Source: an uncultured Clostridia bacterium (GTDB taxonomy: Bacteria > Bacillota > Clostridia > Christensenellales > UBA1242). Taken from it: a stretch of DNA of 64,000 bases. Made by a program: the position numbers and the translations under genes. Positions within the stretch are counted from its first letter, which is position 1; every line of letters starts with the position of its first letter. The notes under the pieces were generated by a model, which worked only from the letters and a program-made list of their open reading frames with translations, was not told where the DNA came from and ran no database searches. Location of the stretch: assembly GCA_947591785.1 (NCBI GenBank), contig CANQDK010000002.1, forward strand, positions 2,510-66,509, read 5' to 3'. Below, piece after piece: positions 26,640 through 37,531 of the stretch.

Positions 26640-27635
26640 TTAATCCTTTGAAATTCCCCATGAAGATTGCAGTATTTTAAGGCATTCATCAATATTATCA
26701 CACGTTGCAAGTTTGTTTCTCACTGATGCTGTCATCGAAAGTTCTCTCGCATACCACAAAAAATGTTTGCGAATATAGTTTTCAAGCCACTTTTCATCAA
26801 ATTTTTCTCGCAAAATCTCAATATGCTTTTTCACAGTTTGAAATTTTGCTAAATTTGTGATTTTTCCTTTAGAGTCAAATATATTTTCAATGCCCAAGAA
26901 CCCTTTATCATAATTTTTGATTTTGTCTTTTGATAGTTCCGCAAAAATCCATGGTTTCCCAAGACTTCCTCTGCCAATCATAACACCATCAACTCCTGTT
27001 GAACACATCAATTTCAAACTCTTTTCATCAAAAACATCTCCATTTCCAATCACTGGAATATGAAGTTTTGCTTTCACGGTTGCAATAGCATCATAATCCG
27101 CAGTGCCGCTATATCCTTGTGCAACGGTTCTTGCATGAAAAGTCACATAATCCGCACCACTATCCTCACACATCTTCGCAAATTCAAGAAAATTTTCCGT
27201 TCTGTAGCCTTTGCGGAATTTTACTGACACTTGTTTTGTTGTTGCCTTCTTGCAAGTGGAAATAATTTTGCTTGCAAGAGAGAGATTGTCCATCAAAGAT
27301 GCACCCTCGCCATTTTTAATTATCTTTGGTGCTGGACAACCCATATTTATATCAAAAGAATTAAATTTTTCAAGCAGTGGACTTTGAACTGCCATTTGCA
27401 TAAATTCTGGCTCGTGTCCAAAAATTTGTGCAATTTTCACTTTCTCTTGCTCTGTTGTTAAAGTCATATATTGTGTTTTTGTTGGATTTGCAAACATTGC
27501 ACGAGCAGACAACATTTCGCTCACTGTAACATCTGCACCAAAAAAACTTGCCACCGCACGAAAACCTACATCGGTGACTCCTGCCATTGGAGCTAAGATT
27601 AATGGTAATTCAATTTCCTCGCCTGCAATTTTCAT
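26640..27635 (-). CDS. dusB: tRNA-dihydrouridine synthase (DusB family)
   Basis: LAPMAGVTD, DINMGCP, HART, IGNGDV and GVMIGRG; probable ATG at 27635. Confidence 0.92.
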   Translation of the reverse strand: MKIAGEEIELPLILAPMAGVTDVGFRAVASFFGADVTVSEMLSARAMFANPTKTQYMTLTTEQEKVKIAQIFGHEPEFMQMAVQSPLLEKFNSFDINMGCPAPKIIKNGEGASLMDNLSLASKIISTCKKATTKQVSVKFRKGYRTENFLEFAKMCEDSGADYVTFHARTVAQGYSGTADYDAIATVKAKLHIPVIGNGDVFDEKSLKLMCSTGVDGVMIGRGSLGKPWIFAELSKDKIKNYDKGFLGIENIFDSKGKITNLAKFQTVKKHIEILREKFDEKWLENYIRKHFLWYARELSMTASVRNKLATCDNIDECLKILQSSWGISKD

Positions 27636-27746
27636 AACAAAAATATAACACAAAAAAAGAATGTTGGCAAACCTTTTGCTTCCATTCCTCTAAAAATTTT
27701 ATGTTCTATTCTTCTAGAAAATTTACTTTTCTTAAGAGTCCATAAA

Positions 27747-28013
27747 TTAAGATTCAGGCATTTTATTGAAACTTTTAAAGGCAATCGCTCTTTTAGGTGA
27801 TGCAATATAATATCTTTTTGTTTGTGGATTTAGATATTTCCTTGCTTTTCTTTCTTTTAACAAAAATTTTCCAAAATCTCTCCAAACAACTTCTCCACCC
27901 TTATAACAAACATCAAAAACGGTTTCTTTAAAACAGCGAAGAAATAAATCACACTTTGATTTTGACAGATTTGTTTTTTTTGCTAAAACTGAAACAAACT
28001 CTTGCTTATTCAT
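27747..28013 (-). CDS. HU/IHF-family DNA-binding protein (divergent)
   Basis: MNKQEFV...LSK...FGKF...RKARKYLNPQT...FK; GGAGGAG RBS. Confidence 0.88.
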   Translation of the reverse strand: MNKQEFVSVLAKKTNLSKSKCDLFLRCFKETVFDVCYKGGEVVWRDFGKFLLKERKARKYLNPQTKRYYIASPKRAIAFKSFNKMPES

Positions 28014-28061
28014 ACTCTCCTCCACTAAAATGTTTGACACAAATAAAATTTTTAAACATTT

Positions 28062-29675
28062 TTACAAAGGAATTTCATGATTTTTCATCTTGTTTCTTTT
28101 TAATTTCGGCAATAACCTAACTAAGAAAGGAGTTGTCAAAATCAAATAAACCGCTCCCCCAATTATAATTCCAACAATAATGTTTGCAAAAGCGGAAAAG
28201 TAGTTGCATTTGATGAAAAAATAAACCGTTACAAACATAACAAAACACGAAAAAAGCAAATCAAAAACATCAAAAAACTTTAATGAAAAGAAGATTCTCT
28301 TTTTCAATTTCATAAGTGACAACAAAGCAACAGTGCTGGAAAGTATGATGTTTCCAAGAACCAGAGCATATATATTGAAAGTCGGAATTGCAGAAAAAAT
28401 AAGAGAAATCAACGCTTTCAAAGTTCCGCCAACAATTGAATAAAGCAATATTTCCCCAAATTCTCCATCAGCTTGCAGAAGCATAACAAAATATTGCATC
28501 AATGCTGTCAAAACAACCGAAAATCCGCCATAAAAAGTCAGTCCATTTGCAACATCTAAAAATTTTGGACTCAAATTTGGAAAAAATAGTGTAAATAGTT
28601 GCCTAGAAAGTGCAACAATTCCAAATGTTGTTGGCAAAATGAAAAACAGCAAAATTTTAAGTCCTTTTTCAACAACCCATCTGCCACCACTTCCACGTGA
28701 AAAAAGAAATGAAATATTTGGTAAAAGAGTTGTTGTCATTGCAATTGAAATTATAAGCGGAAAATTTAAAATCGAACCAACAATCCCTGTTTGCAATCCA
28801 TAAAGTTCCGTTGCAAGACTTTGCGTCATTCCCGCTTGGACAAGTCTTGAAACTATAAAAAGTCCATCGAATGCATTTACAAGCGGAAAGATTGAAGCAG
28901 AAAGCATTAAGGTGAAATTTGCTTTATCAAATTGTTTACGTGCAAACAAAATCTCTTTATTTCTTTCTATATTTCGACTTCTTTCTAAATTTCTATTAAT
29001 TTGGTTTATATTTAAGTTTCTATGGACATCTCTTTTTTGTTTCTTATTTTTTATAAGAAAATAGATTGAAAGATAAAGCAGGGAAATAAGTTCGCTAAAA
29101 ACAATCCCAACAAATGCTCCAAAAACACCTTTTCCGCCTCCAAATTTGGAAAAGTAGTAGGCAAAAAGCAATCCGAAAGCAAATTTAAAAACTTGCTCAA
29201 TCACTTGACTTATCGCAGTTGGAAGCATATTCTCAAAGCCCTGAAAAAAACCTCTCAATGCGGAAAGCCCTGCTCCAAGTGGTAAGAGAAAAATGAAAAG
29301 CATATAAGATGAATAAGCATCAACACCCTGTAAAGCAGAAATAAATTTCCCCAATAAAAGAAAAATTGCTCCTATAAAAATTCCAATTGCAACACTAATG
29401 AAAATCGCACGATATAAAAAAATATATATTTTTGAATAGTCACTTTTTGCTCTTGCAGAGGATATAAGTTTTGATAGACTTGTTGTAACTCCTCCAGAAG
29501 TGATAACAAGTGCAAAAAGATAAAGAGACATAACAAGTTGAAAAACACCAATCCCTTCAATCCCAAGAAATGAAGTCAGTGGGAAACGAAAAAGTGCTCC
29601 CAAAATTTTGCAAACCAATCCACTTGCAAGCAAAATTATAGCACTGACACTCAAATTTGTTTTATTTTTTTTCAT
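28062..29675 (-). CDS. MOP-superfamily flippase (SpoVB/YabM/MurJ-like polysaccharide biosynthesis protein)
   Basis: KILGALFRFPL...G.EG.G.F, RGFFQG..NM.PTAISQVIEQ, and about 14 TM segments. Confidence 0.88.
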   Translation of the reverse strand: MKKNKTNLSVSAIILLASGLVCKILGALFRFPLTSFLGIEGIGVFQLVMSLYLFALVITSGGVTTSLSKLISSARAKSDYSKIYIFLYRAIFISVAIGIFIGAIFLLLGKFISALQGVDAYSSYMLFIFLLPLGAGLSALRGFFQGFENMLPTAISQVIEQVFKFAFGLLFAYYFSKFGGGKGVFGAFVGIVFSELISLLYLSIYFLIKNKKQKRDVHRNLNINQINRNLERSRNIERNKEILFARKQFDKANFTLMLSASIFPLVNAFDGLFIVSRLVQAGMTQSLATELYGLQTGIVGSILNFPLIISIAMTTTLLPNISFLFSRGSGGRWVVEKGLKILLFFILPTTFGIVALSRQLFTLFFPNLSPKFLDVANGLTFYGGFSVVLTALMQYFVMLLQADGEFGEILLYSIVGGTLKALISLIFSAIPTFNIYALVLGNIILSSTVALLSLMKLKKRIFFSLKFFDVFDLLFSCFVMFVTVYFFIKCNYFSAFANIIVGIIIGGAVYLILTTPFLVRLLPKLKRNKMKNHEIPL

Positions 29676-29740
29676 AAAGCACCGTTTGGATTAGTAGTAA
29701 GATAAAAACAAAAAAATATTCATTTTTTTTCAAAATGCTA

Positions 29741-29769
29741 TTTACAAAACAAAAAATCTATGTTATAAT
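29741..29769 (+). promoter_or_regulatory. sigmaA promoter
   Basis: TTTACA-17 bp-TATAAT with an extended TG. Confidence 0.7.
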
Positions 29770-29798
29770 TTGAGAAACTAATGATAAGTAAAGGAGAA

Positions 29799-30278
29799 AT
29801 GAAAATGTCTGATTATATTGTTGAAAAATCCAATAAAAATCATCCAGGAGTAACAATTTTAAAAAACGGAGACAAAACTGCTCTTCCAATTGGAATGTTT
29901 GTTGATAATCTTAATGGAATAGTAGCTTTGCTTCATGGGGAAAGCGATTTTCACACTTTGGTTTCAACAGGAATGACAAATCCTGACCAATACAATGAAT
30001 TTATCAAAACTTCCAAAAAATTTCTAGACCAATGTGATTCTGGCTTACTGTTAAGTCTTAAAAACATCGGTGATAAAGTGTATGTCCCAGATTTTACATT
30101 TTTCTCAAATGAATATGATAAAATTATGAAAAGCACAGACCCAAACACTTCTCTTAGAATGGGAAGAGCAAAAACATTATATGAATCATTTAGTTCTGTT
30201 TTGTCAGTATGCATTGACAAGAACAATGAAAATGGACTTAAACGTGGCTTTGTTGTAACAAACTCTAAAAACAAATAA
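29799..30278 (+). CDS. Hypothetical protein
   Basis: ORF with AAGGAG RBS (start 29799 or 29805), its own promoter and a terminator. Confidence 0.7.
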   Translation: MKMSDYIVEKSNKNHPGVTILKNGDKTALPIGMFVDNLNGIVALLHGESDFHTLVSTGMTNPDQYNEFIKTSKKFLDQCDSGLLLSLKNIGDKVYVPDFTFFSNEYDKIMKSTDPNTSLRMGRAKTLYESFSSVLSVCIDKNNENGLKRGFVVTNSKNK

Positions 30279-30305
30279 ACATTTCAAAATTAAGAATATG
30301 AAAAT

Positions 30306-30333
30306 AAAAAATAAGGCATAAACCTTATTTTTT
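30306..30333. terminator. Bidirectional terminator
   Basis: AAAAAATAAGG-cataaa-CCTTATTTTTT between convergent genes. Confidence 0.7.
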
Positions 30334-30334
30334 T

Positions 30335-31678
30335 TTATTTATTAAATGCTTTCCCCAAATCAATTTTTGTTTGTTCCATCTTTAAAGGCTGAACATTACC
30401 TTCAAAATAATCACTCGTTTTACCTTTATCAAAAGTAAAACCAGCATTATTCTTTGTTTCACCTTTTTCCATATCACCAAAAGAATTCTTTGCAGAAGCA
30501 ACGCTTTCCATAAGTTTTTGGTATTCTTTTTCATCATTGCTTAAATCAGCTGTCTTATCTGGCATTGAGATTTTAGGAGATTTTGGTTCTTTTGGTTTCT
30601 CTGATGAAGGTGAAGCCTGAGAATTTCTATTTGGAGATTGTGGAGTCCTTGATAAAGGAGTCATTGGTGTTGGACTGAATGATGGTGCTTTATATGTTTT
30701 CATATCAAAAACAAAAGTTTTTGGACTCTTCACTGGAGATGTCTTTTTGACTTTTGGCTTTGTCGAAGTTGTTGATGACTTCTCCGATTTTTTCTCTTCC
30801 TTTTTAAGATTTGAAGCCTCAATGTTTGTTGTGAAGGTTTTATCACGAATGTTTTTTATTGGTGTGTAGTAGCCTTTCAAAATTGAAATACCTTCGTTTT
30901 CTTTTAGTATTTCAGTCAACATTCCACTTTTCATCAACAGAATATCTAGAATTCTTTTTTGCATTGCAAAATCATGAGAAAAATCCATGCCCTTTTCAAG
31001 ATATTTTCCCATCAAGCGTTTAAAATCAAAACGAATCTTTGCTCCTTTTTCTCCCATTCTTTCAAGTAAAGCCAGCATTCTTACAATGTATAATTGTCCC
31101 AAAACATCGTAAAGTTCACGCGAAAACATGAACTCTTCCTTTTGAAAACGTAGGAGATTTTTCAAAGAATCTTCTTTTTCAATTTGACTTTCGTCACGCT
31201 TTATATTCCATCGCTCAAATATATGATTTTTAAAATCAAGACTGTAAGGTTCAAGAAGCTCATCAAGATATGTTTCATGCTTAATGCTTTCGTCAAAGTT
31301 GCTTTCCATTTCAATAATATAAAGTTTCGCTTTGCAGAAACTTTCATCAATTTCAATATCTATTCTAAAATTTAAAATAAATTCTCCCAATCTTGTTGAA
31401 ACACGAACAACCTTTTCATCACTCTCTCCAAATTGTTTTGGAGCTTTTATGAGGATTTCCTTAATTTTGTCTGGAATCACATATTCGTTTTCTTTGAAAT
31501 TTCCAAGCAAATCATTTCGTTGTTTACGCTCATAGTTTAAAATATCAAGATATTCTTTCTCAATCTTTTCAACATCTTCCATCACTGCTTGCGTAGGCTT
31601 TGCTGGTGTGTTTTCAACAGCATTTTGTTTCTTTTCTGAGTCATTTACAGCAGTTTTAGAATTTTTTCCTCTTCCCAT
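30335..31678 (-). CDS. Hypothetical protein with a Ser/Pro/Lys-rich disordered C-terminal third
   Basis: Long ORF; probable ATG at 31678, 6 nt after TATAAT. Confidence 0.75.
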   Translation of the reverse strand: MGRGKNSKTAVNDSEKKQNAVENTPAKPTQAVMEDVEKIEKEYLDILNYERKQRNDLLGNFKENEYVIPDKIKEILIKAPKQFGESDEKVVRVSTRLGEFILNFRIDIEIDESFCKAKLYIIEMESNFDESIKHETYLDELLEPYSLDFKNHIFERWNIKRDESQIEKEDSLKNLLRFQKEEFMFSRELYDVLGQLYIVRMLALLERMGEKGAKIRFDFKRLMGKYLEKGMDFSHDFAMQKRILDILLMKSGMLTEILKENEGISILKGYYTPIKNIRDKTFTTNIEASNLKKEEKKSEKSSTTSTKPKVKKTSPVKSPKTFVFDMKTYKAPSFSPTPMTPLSRTPQSPNRNSQASPSSEKPKEPKSPKISMPDKTADLSNDEKEYQKLMESVASAKNSFGDMEKGETKNNAGFTFDKGKTSDYFEGNVQPLKMEQTKIDLGKAFNK

Positions 31679-31844
31679 AGAAATATTATACAACACAAAA
31701 TTTTCTTTTGCAAGATATTTTTATAAATTCTTTTTTCTTATTAATCTTTTCACATATCCTATTAACTTTTTTCACATATAAAATTGTTGGATTAAATCCT
31801 TTTGATATAATTTTTTTGTAAGAAAAAAGAGCTTTGATGCTCTT

Positions 31845-32972
31845 TTAAGAATTTTTCATTTTGCTTTTAAATTCTTTTGCTTTTGGATAATCATTTTCAT
31901 CAAACTTTGATTCAAGTTCTTTCAATAAATCTCTGCCTTTTTTTGCAAGATTTTTTGGAATTTCACTCTTAATTGTCACAAGCAAATCTCCATACGCTTC
32001 ACGATTAAGGACTTTCACTCCTTTGCCTTTAACACGCATAACCGTTCCGTTTTGTGTTCCAGGTTCTATTTCAAGAATCTTTGTTCCTTTGGTGAGTGGA
32101 ATTTCAACTTTGCCACCCAAAAGGCATGTTGTGAACGGAACATATAAATCAAACAAGAGATCTGTTCCAACGCGTTTAAAAATTGAATGTTGCCCAACAG
32201 TAACCTTTATGTTCAAGTCACCAGAAACGCCCTGCCCAGCAGGAGCATTTCCCTCGCCTCTCATACGGATTGTTTGCCCATCGTCTATGCCTGCAGGGAC
32301 TTTAACTCGAACTTGTGCAGGGACTCGCTTACACCCTTTTCCACCGCATTCTTCACAACGCTCTTTAATCATCTTACCAGTTCCACCGCATCTTGGACAA
32401 ACACTTTCTCTAATTGTTGTTCCAAACATTGTGTTTTGCTGAATTCTAACTCTTCCAGCACCTTTACAATCTGGACAAGTTGTAAATTCTTTTCCGTTTT
32501 TTGCACCAGTTCCATTACATTTTGAGCAAGTTTCAACTCTATTAAATGAAATCAATTTTTCAACACCAAAAATTGCTTCCTCAAAAGAAAGTCGCATCGA
32601 AATTGTTATGTCTTCTCCACGCTGTTGCATACGAGGCCCACGCCCATTTCCACCACCGAAAGCAGAAAATATGTCTGAAAAAATATCTGAAAATCCGCCA
32701 AAACCACCAAAATTAGAGAAATCTCCATCAAAACCACTGCCTTGAAATTGTGGCCCATCTGCAGAACCAAACTGATCATAGTTTGCACGTTTTTTCTCAT
32801 CACCCAAAACTTCATAAGCCTCGTTTATTTCTTTAAATTTTTCTGGGGCTTCTGGGCTTTTGTTCAAATCAGGGTGATATTTTTTTGCCAAACGACGATA
32901 TGCCGACTTAATCTCGTCTGCATCTGCGTTTTTATTTACGCCCAAAATTTCATAATAGTCCTTTCCTGCCAT
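31845..32972 (-). CDS. dnaJ: Chaperone DnaJ
   Basis: J-domain HPD, G/F-rich region and four CxxCxGxG repeats. Confidence 0.98.
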   Translation of the reverse strand: MAGKDYYEILGVNKNADADEIKSAYRRLAKKYHPDLNKSPEAPEKFKEINEAYEVLGDEKKRANYDQFGSADGPQFQGSGFDGDFSNFGGFGGFSDIFSDIFSAFGGGNGRGPRMQQRGEDITISMRLSFEEAIFGVEKLISFNRVETCSKCNGTGAKNGKEFTTCPDCKGAGRVRIQQNTMFGTTIRESVCPRCGGTGKMIKERCEECGGKGCKRVPAQVRVKVPAGIDDGQTIRMRGEGNAPAGQGVSGDLNIKVTVGQHSIFKRVGTDLLFDLYVPFTTCLLGGKVEIPLTKGTKILEIEPGTQNGTVMRVKGKGVKVLNREAYGDLLVTIKSEIPKNLAKKGRDLLKELESKFDENDYPKAKEFKSKMKNS

Positions 32973-32996
32973 ATTTTTTTGCCTTTTATTTTTATG

Positions 32997-33493
32997 TTAT
33001 AGTTTTTTAATCAAACTTTCTTTGCCAAAATTTTTACAACACAATTTTTCAAAAACAGCCTTTGGCATTGGCTTTTTTGAGTGCGATGCGACAGCATCTA
33101 GCACTATTTTTGGTTGAATTTTATTGTCAAAAAGTTGAAAACAAATTGCGAGAACACAAGAATCATAATCAAGCCCACAGATAAAAACTTCATCTCCTTT
33201 ATTGAAAAGTTTTAGAAAATCATTTTCTCCCCCCCCGCTAAGGAATATGAAGTTTTTTCCACAATTTTTGCATTTTTGGGCAAATTTAATGCGATTTCAG
33301 TTTCATCATCTGTCAAAAAACGCTGATAATTCAAGTATTCCACAAATTGACTTTCTTTTCTATTGACAAACTTTGTAGCAATAATTTGGTTAAAATTTCC
33401 ATTATCCACCAAATCTTGAATTTTGTTTGCCACAAAGCTGCAATTATCGTTCAAAAATCCTTTTTGAACATCTACAATCAAAAGTTTTTTCAT
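32997..33493 (-). pseudogene. Isochorismatase-family cysteine hydrolase, frameshifted at a G8 tract (candidate phase-variable gene)
   Basis: The 5' part has LLIVDVQKGF...EKTSYS. After G8 (C8 at 33229-33236) another frame reads ENDFLKLFNKGDEVFICGLDYDSCVLAICFQLFD...LIKKL* to 32997. G9 would give an intact 165-aa protein. Confidence 0.85.
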
Positions 33494-33574
33494 AGTTTTT
33501 ATTTTACAATTTTATATTTGTTTTTTGCAAATAATTTTCATAACTTATGCCAAAACTTAACGTTCATTCAATTT

Positions 33575-35404
33575 TTATTCGATTGTCACATCTGGGTCAT
33601 TCCCATCAGTTCCGCTTCCTGTTCCATTGCCAGCATCACCTGTGCCTGCATTTTGGTTTGGATTTGCATTTTGATACATCTTTGTGAACACTTCGTTTGA
33701 AACTTTTGTAAGTTCATCAAGTTCCTTTTTGATAACTTCTATATCATCACTTTCAAATTCTTTCTTTGCTTTTTCAATTTCGTCTTCAAGACGTTTTTTG
33801 TCTTCAGCAGAAATCTTATCGCCATTTTCTTTCAAAAGTTTTTCGAGAGAGTAAACCATGTTGTCAGCATTATTTTTTGTTTCAACAAATTCTTTACGCT
33901 TCTTATCTTCTTCAGCATGTGCTTCTGCTTCTTTAATGGCTCTTTCGATATCTTCTTCTTTCAAGTTTGAAGAAGCTGTGATTGTAATGTTTTGTTCTTT
34001 GTTAGTTCCCAAATCTTTTGCAGAAACCTTAACAATACCATTTGCATCAATATCAAATGTAACTTCAATTTGTGGAACGCCTCTTGGTGCAGGTGGAATA
34101 TCAGAAAGTTGGAATCTTCCTAAAGTTTTGTTTTGAGCAGCAAACTCTCTTTCGCCTTGCAAAACATGAATATCAACGCCAGGTTGATTGTCAGCTGCGG
34201 TTGAGAAAATTTGAGATTTCTTTGTTGGAATAGTTGTGTTTCTTTCAATAAGTTTTGTAAACACTCCGCCCAGAGTTTCAATACCAAGTGAAAGTGGTGT
34301 AACATCAAGAAGAAGGACATCTTTAACTTCTCCTGCCAAAACACCTGCTTGAATTGCAGCACCAACGGCAACACATTCATCTGGGTTAATGCCTTTAAAT
34401 GGTTCTTTTCCAGTGTATGATTTAACAGCTTCAACAACAGCAGGAATTCTTGTTGAACCACCAACAAGGATAACTTTATCAATCTGTGATTTTGAAAGTT
34501 TTGCATCTTTAAGGGCTCTTTCGCAGCACTCAATAGTTTCTTTAACCAAATCTTCTGTTATGGCATCAAACTTCGCACGAGTAAGTTCACATTCCAAATG
34601 TTTTGGCCCATTTGCATCTGCAGTTATGAATGGAATTGAAACATTAACCATTGTTTTTGATGAAAGATCAATCTTTGTTTTTTCAGCCTCGTCTTTCAAA
34701 CGTTGCATAGCAAGTTTGTCTTGTGAAAGATCCATACCACCATTTTTATTCTTAAATTCTTCAACCAAGAAGTCAATAATACGATTATCAAAATCGTCTC
34801 CGCCAAGTCTTGTGTTACCATTTGTTGATAGAACTTCAAAAACATTATCTCCAATTTCAAGAATTGAAACATCAAATGTTCCACCACCAAGGTCATACAC
34901 TAAGATTTTTTGATTTTGATTTTCACCTTTATCAAGTCCATAAGCAAGAGCTGCTGCAGTAGGCTCGTTGATAATTCTCAAAACATCAAGTCCTGCAATT
35001 TTTCCAGCATCTTTTGTTGCTTGACGCTGACTGTCATTAAAGTAAGCAGGAACTGTGATAACTGCTTGTGTCACAGGGCCGCCCAAATAACTTTCAGCAT
35101 CACTTTTAAGTTTTGAAAGAATCATTGCAGAAATTTCTTGTGGAGAATATTCTTTTCCACCCATTTTTGCTTTGAAATTTGTTCCCATTTCTCTTTTAAT
35201 TGAAAGAATTGTGTTTTCGTGATTTATAATTGCCTGTCTTTTTGCAACTTTACCAACAAGTCTTTCGCCCTCTTTTGTGTAAGCAACAACTGAAGGAGTT
35301 GTTCTGTCCCCCTCTGCGTTTGCGATAACAGTTGGTTTTCCTCCTTCCATAACTGCAACACATGAATTTGTTGTTCCAAGGTCAATACCAATAATTTTAC
35401 TCAT
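33575..35404 (-). CDS. dnaK: Chaperone DnaK
   Basis: [26 protein letters not shown] and [12 protein letters not shown]. Confidence 0.99.
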   Translation of the reverse strand: MSKIIGIDLGTTNSCVAVMEGGKPTVIANAEGDRTTPSVVAYTKEGERLVGKVAKRQAIINHENTILSIKREMGTNFKAKMGGKEYSPQEISAMILSKLKSDAESYLGGPVTQAVITVPAYFNDSQRQATKDAGKIAGLDVLRIINEPTAAALAYGLDKGENQNQKILVYDLGGGTFDVSILEIGDNVFEVLSTNGNTRLGGDDFDNRIIDFLVEEFKNKNGGMDLSQDKLAMQRLKDEAEKTKIDLSSKTMVNVSIPFITADANGPKHLECELTRAKFDAITEDLVKETIECCERALKDAKLSKSQIDKVILVGGSTRIPAVVEAVKSYTGKEPFKGINPDECVAVGAAIQAGVLAGEVKDVLLLDVTPLSLGIETLGGVFTKLIERNTTIPTKKSQIFSTAADNQPGVDIHVLQGEREFAAQNKTLGRFQLSDIPPAPRGVPQIEVTFDIDANGIVKVSAKDLGTNKEQNITITASSNLKEEDIERAIKEAEAHAEEDKKRKEFVETKNNADNMVYSLEKLLKENGDKISAEDKKRLEDEIEKAKKEFESDDIEVIKKELDELTKVSNEVFTKMYQNANPNQNAGTGDAGNGTGSGTDGNDPDVTIE

Positions 35405-35517
35405 TTTTTTATTCTCCTTTTTTATTTTTTACATAATTTTTGTTTATTTTTTTAATTTTTAATTTTCTATTTTTATTTAAAATTCAAATTTAAATTGAAC
35501 ACTTTTTTATTATTTTT

Positions 35518-36273
35518 TTATAATTTATTTACAACAACTTTTGCATACCTTATAACTTTTCCGTTCATAGTCCAACCTGATTGATATTCTTCCAAAATTG
35601 TGTCGTTTTCTTTGCTTTCATCTTTGAAAACAGCAATAACATTGTGAAGATGTGGGTCAAAGTGCTGTCCAATTGAATTGATTTTTTCAACTTTTAAACT
35701 GTTGAGAGCATCAAGAATTTTGTTCTCTATCATATTAATTCCAGTCAAAATATTCTCATCAGTCACACTCTTTTTTGCTTCTTTGAAGGAATCCAAACAA
35801 GGTAAGAACACTTCTATCACACTTCTTGCACCCTCTTGCCGTTCGTGTTCAAGCTGTTCAGCAACACGCCTGCGATAGTTGTCAAAATCCGCTTGCAATC
35901 GTTGTGCCATCGCCAAATATTCTCCTGCTTCCAAACTTTGCTTTTGATTGCTTTCTTTCTTTTCTTCTACTTCGCTTTCACAAGAACATTCGCTTTCACA
36001 TTTGCAATCGTCTCCGCAGGTGCAATGCCCTTCCTTATCTCGACAAGAACATTTTGAATCGCAAGTGCATTCTTCTCCACGATGGCAACCACATTCTGGC
36101 GGACAGGAACATTCTCCTTTACAGCCACAGTTTTTGTGAGATTTTTTGTTCTCTCCATGTTCACAACAATCATCACAGTAGCATTCTTCTTCACATTCAC
36201 AATTATCTTCAAAGTCATTAAGGTTTTCTAAATTGTCTTTTTTTATTTCTTTATTTTTCTTTGTCACTTTCAT
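35518..36273 (-). CDS. grpE: Nucleotide exchange factor GrpE with a Cys-rich metallothionein-like N-terminal domain
   Basis: RLQADFDNYRRR, FDPHLH and GW.MNGKVIRYAKVVV; residues 25-98 contain 22 Cys. Confidence 0.95.
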   Translation of the reverse strand: MKVTKKNKEIKKDNLENLNDFEDNCECEEECYCDDCCEHGENKKSHKNCGCKGECSCPPECGCHRGEECTCDSKCSCRDKEGHCTCGDDCKCESECSCESEVEEKKESNQKQSLEAGEYLAMAQRLQADFDNYRRRVAEQLEHERQEGARSVIEVFLPCLDSFKEAKKSVTDENILTGINMIENKILDALNSLKVEKINSIGQHFDPHLHNVIAVFKDESKENDTILEEYQSGWTMNGKVIRYAKVVVNKL

Positions 36274-37253
36274 TCTCCTTTTTCTCCTGCAAGTTGTTCA
36301 ACAACCACTTTCAGTGCAGAAGCAATGTTCAAATAGTCCATCTTTTGCGGGCCAAACACACCGATAGAAGCCACTTGTTTTCCGCCAACCAGAATTGGTG
36401 CTTTCACAACCGAACATTTTTCGTCATCGATAACTGCTGAAATCTCTTTATCATCGCTATCCAAAACTTCAATAAGTTCATTTTCGTTGTTTAGAGTTTT
36501 AAGCACTCTTTTTGCTTCATCAGCAGAACTGTCAACCATATCAGCCATGCCTTCCGCTTGCACATTTAAAAGTTTTTGTTTATTCAATCTTGACAGCCCC
36601 AAAATAACATTGTCAACCACTGCCTGAAAAGCTTTAATTTCTCCGCTCATACCTTTTTTAAATTGCTCTATGTTTGCAATTAAAAAACCAACACTTTCGC
36701 CTTTGAAATATTTAGTCAAATAATTTGAAGCATCTTCACAACTTTTTGCAGGAGCAGAAATTTCAAGTTGCTGAGTGATATACCCATAATTTGTTCCAAT
36801 CAGAACCAAGCATTTTTCTCCAAGCAATGGAACAATTTTAAATTCCTGCAAAATTAAATTCTCAATTCCATTGACAAGCACAACAGTTGGATAGTTGGTT
36901 GCTTTGCTGACAAGCTTTGCAATTCCACTGACAATTTCGCTTAGATTTTGAGTGCGATTTTCAATAAGTTTTCGCACAGATTCAAGTTCAGCATTGCTTG
37001 CTTTTATGTTTTTAAGCATGTTTTGAACATAAAAACGATAGCCTTGTGCAGTTGGAATGCGTCCACCCGAAGTGTGAAGTTGTTTCAAAAATCCCATAGC
37101 TTCCAAAGCATTGAGTTCTGCACGAAGTGTTGCAGTGCTGACACCAAGTGCCGTGCTATCCTTGACAGAACCACTTGTGATTGGAGCAGAATCCTTGATA
37201 AACTCTTCAACAGCAATATTCAAGATTTTGATTTTTCTTTCGGAAAGTTCCAT
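36270..37253 (-). CDS. hrcA: Heat-inducible transcription repressor HrcA
   Basis: LSERKIKIL, STATLR.E...LE..GFL.Q.HTSGGRIPT.QGYRFYV and GVFGP.KMDY; probable ATG at 37253. Confidence 0.95.
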   Translation of the reverse strand: MELSERKIKILNIAVEEFIKDSAPITSGSVKDSTALGVSTATLRAELNALEAMGFLKQLHTSGGRIPTAQGYRFYVQNMLKNIKASNAELESVRKLIENRTQNLSEIVSGIAKLVSKATNYPTVVLVNGIENLILQEFKIVPLLGEKCLVLIGTNYGYITQQLEISAPAKSCEDASNYLTKYFKGESVGFLIANIEQFKKGMSGEIKAFQAVVDNVILGLSRLNKQKLLNVQAEGMADMVDSSADEAKRVLKTLNNENELIEVLDSDDKEISAVIDDEKCSVVKAPILVGGKQVASIGVFGPQKMDYLNIASALKVVVEQLAGEKGE

Positions 37254-37279
37254 AAATTTAAAACCTTTAAACAAATCTG

Positions 37280-37306
37280 CTAGCACTCTCGACTTGCAAG
37301 TGCTAG
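37280..37306. promoter_or_regulatory. CIRCE element (HrcA operator)
   Basis: CTAGCACTC-N9-AAGTGCTAG versus the consensus TTAGCACTC-N9-GAGTGCTAA. Confidence 0.92.
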
Positions 37307-37310
37307 CATT

Positions 37311-37339
37311 ATTATATGCCTATCAAAAGCAAAAGTCAA
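37311..37339 (-). promoter_or_regulatory. sigmaA promoter of the hrcA operon
   Basis: TTGACT-17 bp-TATAAT immediately upstream of CIRCE. Confidence 0.85.
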
Positions 37340-37531
37340 ACATTTTTGTCAAAATTTTTAAAAATTTTTTATTTTTGATTTGTTGAAAGTTTTAAAACTC
37401 AATTTTTTCATTCTTAATCTCTATCCAAATAGACATTTCAAAAACACCTTTTGATTTTAATTTGTTTCATTATATTTGTTTCATTATAGATGATTTTAAC
37501 AATTATAAAAATATAATAATATAAAATATAT

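Noticed and set aside
32997-33493. Naming the hydrolase pncA (nicotinamidase)
   Set aside because: The metal-binding Asp/His/His residues are not evident (ATKFVNR at the equivalent position), so only the family is supported.
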